From Macrostomum lignano (Eukaryota), in contig NIVC01000166.1 in NCBI GenBank assembly GCA_002269645.1, positions 567,490 to 631,489 of the forward strand: a stretch of 64,000 nt of DNA. The letters are read 5' to 3'. A program made the position numbers and the translations under genes. This document shows positions 59,645 to 64,000 of the stretch, piece after piece (position 1 is the stretch's first letter; every line of letters starts with the position of its first letter). The notes beneath the pieces were generated by a model, which searched no databases, was not told the origin of the DNA, and was given only the letters and a program-made list of their open reading frames with translations.

Positions 59645-59858
59645 TGCGTACGGCTGTTCAGTCCAAGGACTGGGGGGTCGCCACACACACCCTCAATTAC
59701 CCCAGCTAATGCTGGCACCCATTTTGCAGCTGGGTGAACTGAAGCAGTGCAGAGTTAGGCTAGGTGCCTTGCTCAAGGACACAAATTGTCCCAGTTGGAT
59801 CGGGAATCGAACCCCCGACCTTCAAGTCGTGAGCCCGACGCTCTAACCACCAGGCTAC
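59645..59858 (-). mobile_element. tRNA-derived CORE-like SINE (family 2), better preserved copy
   Basis: Minus head GTAGCCTGGTGGTTAGAGCGTCGGGCTCACGACTTGAAGGTCGGGGGTTCGATTCCCG, with a CAC anticodon-like loop. No acceptor stem or CCA closure. Confidence 0.78.
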
Positions 59859-60169
59859 AACCCCTAGATGTCTTGCAAGCTTTTATTAGAAAGTAACTTC
59901 CGTTGTATGTACTTGGGGGTACTTACTGTCAACTGTTCTCATTTTCAAGTCTGTCAACACGTGGCACTAGTAGAGTAAGTGGGTAATCAAAATTATGGAA
60001 AATTGATGTTCTAATTTGACATGCAAAGTGGTAAAACGTGCAACCGCTAATGAATCGCATACTAACTTTCTGATTGGGCGGACTAGAACTATGAACCCAT
60101 GCTTGTTAATTGCTATGCAGTTTACTGAACTATAAGCGGCATTTTTGCATTCCTTCACTTTCATTTCAG

Positions 60170-60256
60170 ACATACAGAGTTGCGGATTTGGCCATTACGG
60201 ATTCGAATCTGGCTATCCAGAGTTCACCTGAATTTGTGATGACTACTTTTAAATAA
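60170..60256 (+). CDS. Mucin-like protein, probable last exon
   Basis: catttcag|TYRVADLAITDSNLAIQSSPEFVMTTFK*, phase 0. Confidence 0.55.
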   Translation, partial: TYRVADLAITDSNLAIQSSPEFVMTTFK

Positions 60257-60491
60257 TTGATTGATGAAACTGATAATGATTCATACGGAAGGAATTCATT
60301 CAAAACAGTTTTGTTTGTAAGGTTTTTCATAATGAAACTTCAGTCTTCTACGTTTTGTTCACGTGGAAAGTAAACGGATCTCGCTTTACAATATTGTTTA
60401 TAAATTTGTGTCTGGTCACCAGTTATTTTTACGTCCTGCTCAATCTATTTTTTCAATTGCTAGCAAGCACTTTATTCTGAGAGTGAGTTTT

Positions 60492-61220
60492 AGGTGATAC
60501 TGAGAATAGATCACAGGTGATACTGAAAATAGATCACAGGTGATACTGAGAATAGATCACAGAAGATACTGAGAATAGATCACAGGTGATACTGAGAATA
60601 GATCACAGAAGATACTGAGAATAGATCACAGGTGATACTGAGAATAGATCACAGAAGATACTGAGAATAGTCACAGGTGATACTGATAATAGATCACAGA
60701 AGATACTGAGAATAGATCACAGGTGATACTGATAATAGATCACAGGATACTGAGAATAGATCACAGGTGATACTGAGAATAGATCACAGAAGATACTGAG
60801 AATAGATCACAGGTGATACTGAGAATAGATCACAGAAGATACTGAGAATAGATCACAGGTGATACTGAGAATAGATCACAGAAGATACTGAGAATAGATC
60901 ACAGGTGATACTGAGAATAGAGACAGGTGATACTGAGAATAGGTCACAGGTGATACTGAGAATAGAGGACAGGTGATACTGAGAATAGGTCACAGGTGAT
61001 ACTGAGAATAGATCACAGGTGATACTGAGAATAGGTCACAGGTGATACTGAGAATAGATCATAGGTGATACTGAGAATAGATCACAAGAAATACTGAGAA
61101 TAGATCACAGGTGATAATGAGAGTAGGTCACAGGTGATACTGAGAATAGATCACAAGAAATACTGAGAATAGATCACAGGTGATAATGAGAGTAGGTCAC
61201 AGGTGATACTGAGAATAGAT
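60492..61220. repeat. 23-bp minisatellite CAGGTGATACTGAGAATAGATCA with alternating CAGAAG variant
   Basis: About 31 copies; the variants alternate in 60530-60900. Confidence 0.95.
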
Positions 61221-62466
61221 TAAAGGTATAGATTGGAGCGAAATACAGGTCTATTCGGTAGTCTACTAAGAACAAAAAGTAATCTGAAGGTAATCATGAA
61301 GTAATCTGCATTTCATCGTCTGAGCATCATTAGACGCAGGGCCTATAAATACTCGTAGCACCGCTCTAGTACTTGTAGTAGTAGTACCGAACTAGAATAG
61401 CTTGGCTGTACTTCTCGTGTCTTTAAAAAGCAGATTATCTGGAATCCGAAGGAGAAACCAATGTGTACTAAGCTTTTGCACTCGAAACACAAGTTGAACT
61501 TGCAGGTTTCAGGAAGCTCTGACCTCTGACACACTGCTGAAATTGGACGTCAATATCGAGTGTGCAGATTCTAAACTCAGCAACAGCTAAACCCCCCCCC
61601 CACTCAACGCTTTCACATCAGACACGGAACTCCATCGAGCATCTCTAAGACTTTATAAAGCAAAGAGTTCACTGTTGCGACAAAGGGCTCTGAATGCATT
61701 GCAGCAGCTGTTCCAAGAGTTCACCAACCGGCTGGTGATCAGGATGCTACTACGAGCGATGGCACTTTTTGCATGCTGTTGGTTCCCACACACGATACTG
61801 GGGCAGCTGTTGCTGAGTATACGCACTCAGACATACATACATACAGTCAAACAAGAGCATTGGTACAGCGATTAACTTCAGCTCACTTACACTGCAAATG
61901 ACGAAATTGATATCCAACAGACAGACGCTCGGGCGCTCGGGCGCAAAATACACTCACGAACATTGAAAAGTATCCACACTGATCTAGTGAGCCATTTCAT
62001 AACCGACTGTGCATTATCAATAGGCAGTTGGTGATCAGCTTGACTTGGTGGTCTCTCAACTTGAAAACTCCATCAAAAGTTGCCATTTGACTGCGGAAAA
62101 TTAGCAGTGCTGTTGAAGCCTTAAGTCATGGCTGAGAACTGAGGAAGCCTCTTGGCGTTGGGTCTCCTGTAGAATTCGATGCAAATGGCTCGTGCAGTAT
62201 AGCTTTATAAGCACGAGTGCATCCTAAACGATACGCAGACTTGCTTATTTGGATTTCTAGAATCTAGAAGGAGAGATCTATATAAGGCGCGTCCGCCAGC
62301 GTGCTCGACAGTCCTTAGCGAGGTGCTTCGATTGCAGGTCTTGCCTACCGCTGCGCTGCAGCTGCGGTGGCCGAAGTTATCGCAGTGGATGCGCTTTAGC
62401 TGTTTGTTGTGTGATCGGCTGTCTGCGTGGCTGACCTGTGCGGCTGCTCTGGCAGGCTGGACTTAC

Positions 62467-62588
62467 CAGTACGCTTCTGCAGCCGTTGCACGGTCGCCGT
62501 GCTGGTCTCCATCACGCTGGCCTGCGCTTCCATATGGAGATAATGGAGCCGTCGACTCTATGCTGGAGGTCGCTGGGGGATCCTGGAT
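62467..62588 (-). CDS. Probable exon 2 of a secreted PAN-like protein
   Basis: tacttcag|IQDPPATSSIESTAPLSP...EAY TG|gtaagt; strong splice sites, phase compatible. Confidence 0.45.
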
Positions 62589-62692
62589 CTGAAGTACAAA
62601 ACAGCGACGTCAAATAAAATCCACTGCTTGGCTCAAAAACTATCAGCTATCATGCTAAATGGAAGCAGCATGAAACAAAACGGGTCACCCAC

Positions 62693-63004
62693 CCAGAGCA
62701 TCGGCAGACTCGCGTCCTTCTCGTGTCGACACTTCCTGCAGGCGTCCCTGCCGCCCCGGTCGCACTGCAGCAGGGCGCAGTCACCCGTCTCGGCGTCGAA
62801 GGAGGCCGCGTGAGCCTCGGATGCTGACGATATCATCAAACAGTCGATAATATTTGGAACCTTGAGCACAGTGATCAGCTTGTACTCGATGATGTCGCCT
62901 CGGAGCTGCTTCCACTTCGATCGGCATCCGGCAGAGACGGTCGGCAGTGACAAAAAACAGCAGGTAGCCACGTACAGCAGAAGTCGCGCTGACGGAACCA
63001 TCAT
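62693..63004 (-). CDS. Secreted cysteine-rich protein with PAN/apple-like domain, exon 1
   Basis: Signal peptide MMVPSARLLLYVATCCFLSLPTVSAG, then VPNIIDCLMIS...AASFDAETGDCALL (PAN-like). Probable donor TGG|gtgggt. Confidence 0.55.
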
Positions 63005-63744
63005 CTGCTCGGATCGCAGCGAGTTTTTCGAATAATTCCAGTAAGCTGTCTTACTGAAAAATGCGGACCTGCCAGTCACCGCAGCCTGTATGAGTATGGT
63101 TTCTCAACTCAAAGTTTTTCAGAGCGCAGCTTCCTGCTGAATATTTTGTACATGTGATGAGGATGCACTTTTTTCCAAACTTCACGCTCGCACATGGGCT
63201 CCAAACTTACTAGCCTACTAACAACAAGCTAGGGGCATCTTTTCTTCTCTTTATGTCATTTTCCTAGAATTCATACTAGCTATATGATTTTGCCATACTT
63301 GTAGTTATAATAACATAGGTGCGGCTTTTGTGTCATAAATCATTGCTTTCGAGCTGGTCTGACAGCCACCTGCGCCTCACTCAATACTGAGACTGGTGCC
63401 AGATGGTCTGAGAGGATGCGGGCGGTAGCTTTTTCTCATCATTTTGACAGGCCATCAAGATTTATGAGGTCAGGGCCTATTGTTGTGTTTACTCAAGCGT
63501 GTGACAGCTTTGACAGCTATTCGTTTTACCCCAAAAAGTACTTTGGGATTTGCAATTAGCGATTTCACTTCATTATCTTCACTTTCTACTTAATAAAAGC
63601 TTTCTAATGTATATTTTTCATTAATTTTTGTCAATCCTACGCGAAAGGTCATAAATCATTATGTAGCGATTTTGAGTGATTTATGACCGCACCTGTCGTA
63701 TTTTTATGGCCCCGACGGAACTGATAGTATCCTCTGGTCACGTG

Positions 63745-63875
63745 AGTTTGGGTGGCAACAAGCTCAGCCAATCAGAAAATTCGACGTGCGTTTTAACAAA
63801 TCGGCTCAGCCAATCAGCGTCGAGGTGTTCCATTATAACAAATTGCGGTCCAGTTGGCGGCTATTTAAACCAGTG
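63745..63875 (+). promoter_or_regulatory. Probable Pol II promoter (E-box, two CCAAT boxes, TATA-like)
   Basis: GTCACGTGAG (~63737), CTCAGCCAATCAG twice (~63763, ~63806), CTATTTAAA (~63861), CpG-rich downstream sequence. Confidence 0.45.
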
Positions 63876-64000
63876 TTTTTGGCCTGCTCGGACCCAACAT
63901 CCTGCTCCTCCTCCTGGACCTTGGCCTAACTTAGACCTCCCGGAGCTCGACCGTCGTCTCTTAATCTTCAGATCGCGACTCCCCATCATCATCAAGGACA

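Noticed and set aside
59800-59858. tRNA-Val(CAC) gene; similar tRNA-like heads at ~1560-1620 and ~51285-51338
   Set aside because: A/B boxes are present but the acceptor stem does not close, and each head is attached to a shared repeat body, so these are SINE heads.
61570-61820. Third exon of the PAN-like gene
   Set aside because: A phase-compatible frame exists, but its content (RLVNSWNS) resembles a LINE 3' remnant; not enough support.

Overview
Eukaryotic (animal) genomic DNA, not prokaryotic: it has spliceosomal GT-AG introns, tRNA-derived SINEs, DNA transposons and dense mini/microsatellites. The style (CpG-rich Ala/Gly/Ser-rich exons, satellite-filled introns) suggests a free-living flatworm such as Macrostomum, but that is inference. 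I reconstructed spliced genes by hand: SCAMP (minus, 4 exons, first exon not found), a PAXX-like NHEJ factor, a long coiled-coil protein, an RNFT1/2 RING-TM ligase, a divergent ADPGK-like protein, a double-LIM-like protein, a C6orf89/BRAP-like protein, a mucin-like type I membrane protein and a partial secreted PAN-like gene. About 10-38 kb is a transposon graveyard (Merlin, Tc1/mariner, LINE, nested MITEs, several with TIRs and TSDs still readable). The best candidate for something new is a mutational signature in these repeats. Besides CpG decay, they show recurrent CpA->TpA changes, mostly CAG->TAG, which create clustered TAG stops and TIR/TSD mismatches. This suggests non-CG methylation or a RIP-like process acting on repeats in an animal. 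It rests on a small hand-collected sample and needs computation. Most supplied ORFs are artefacts of tandem repeats. Family assignments come from remembered motifs; no database search was run.
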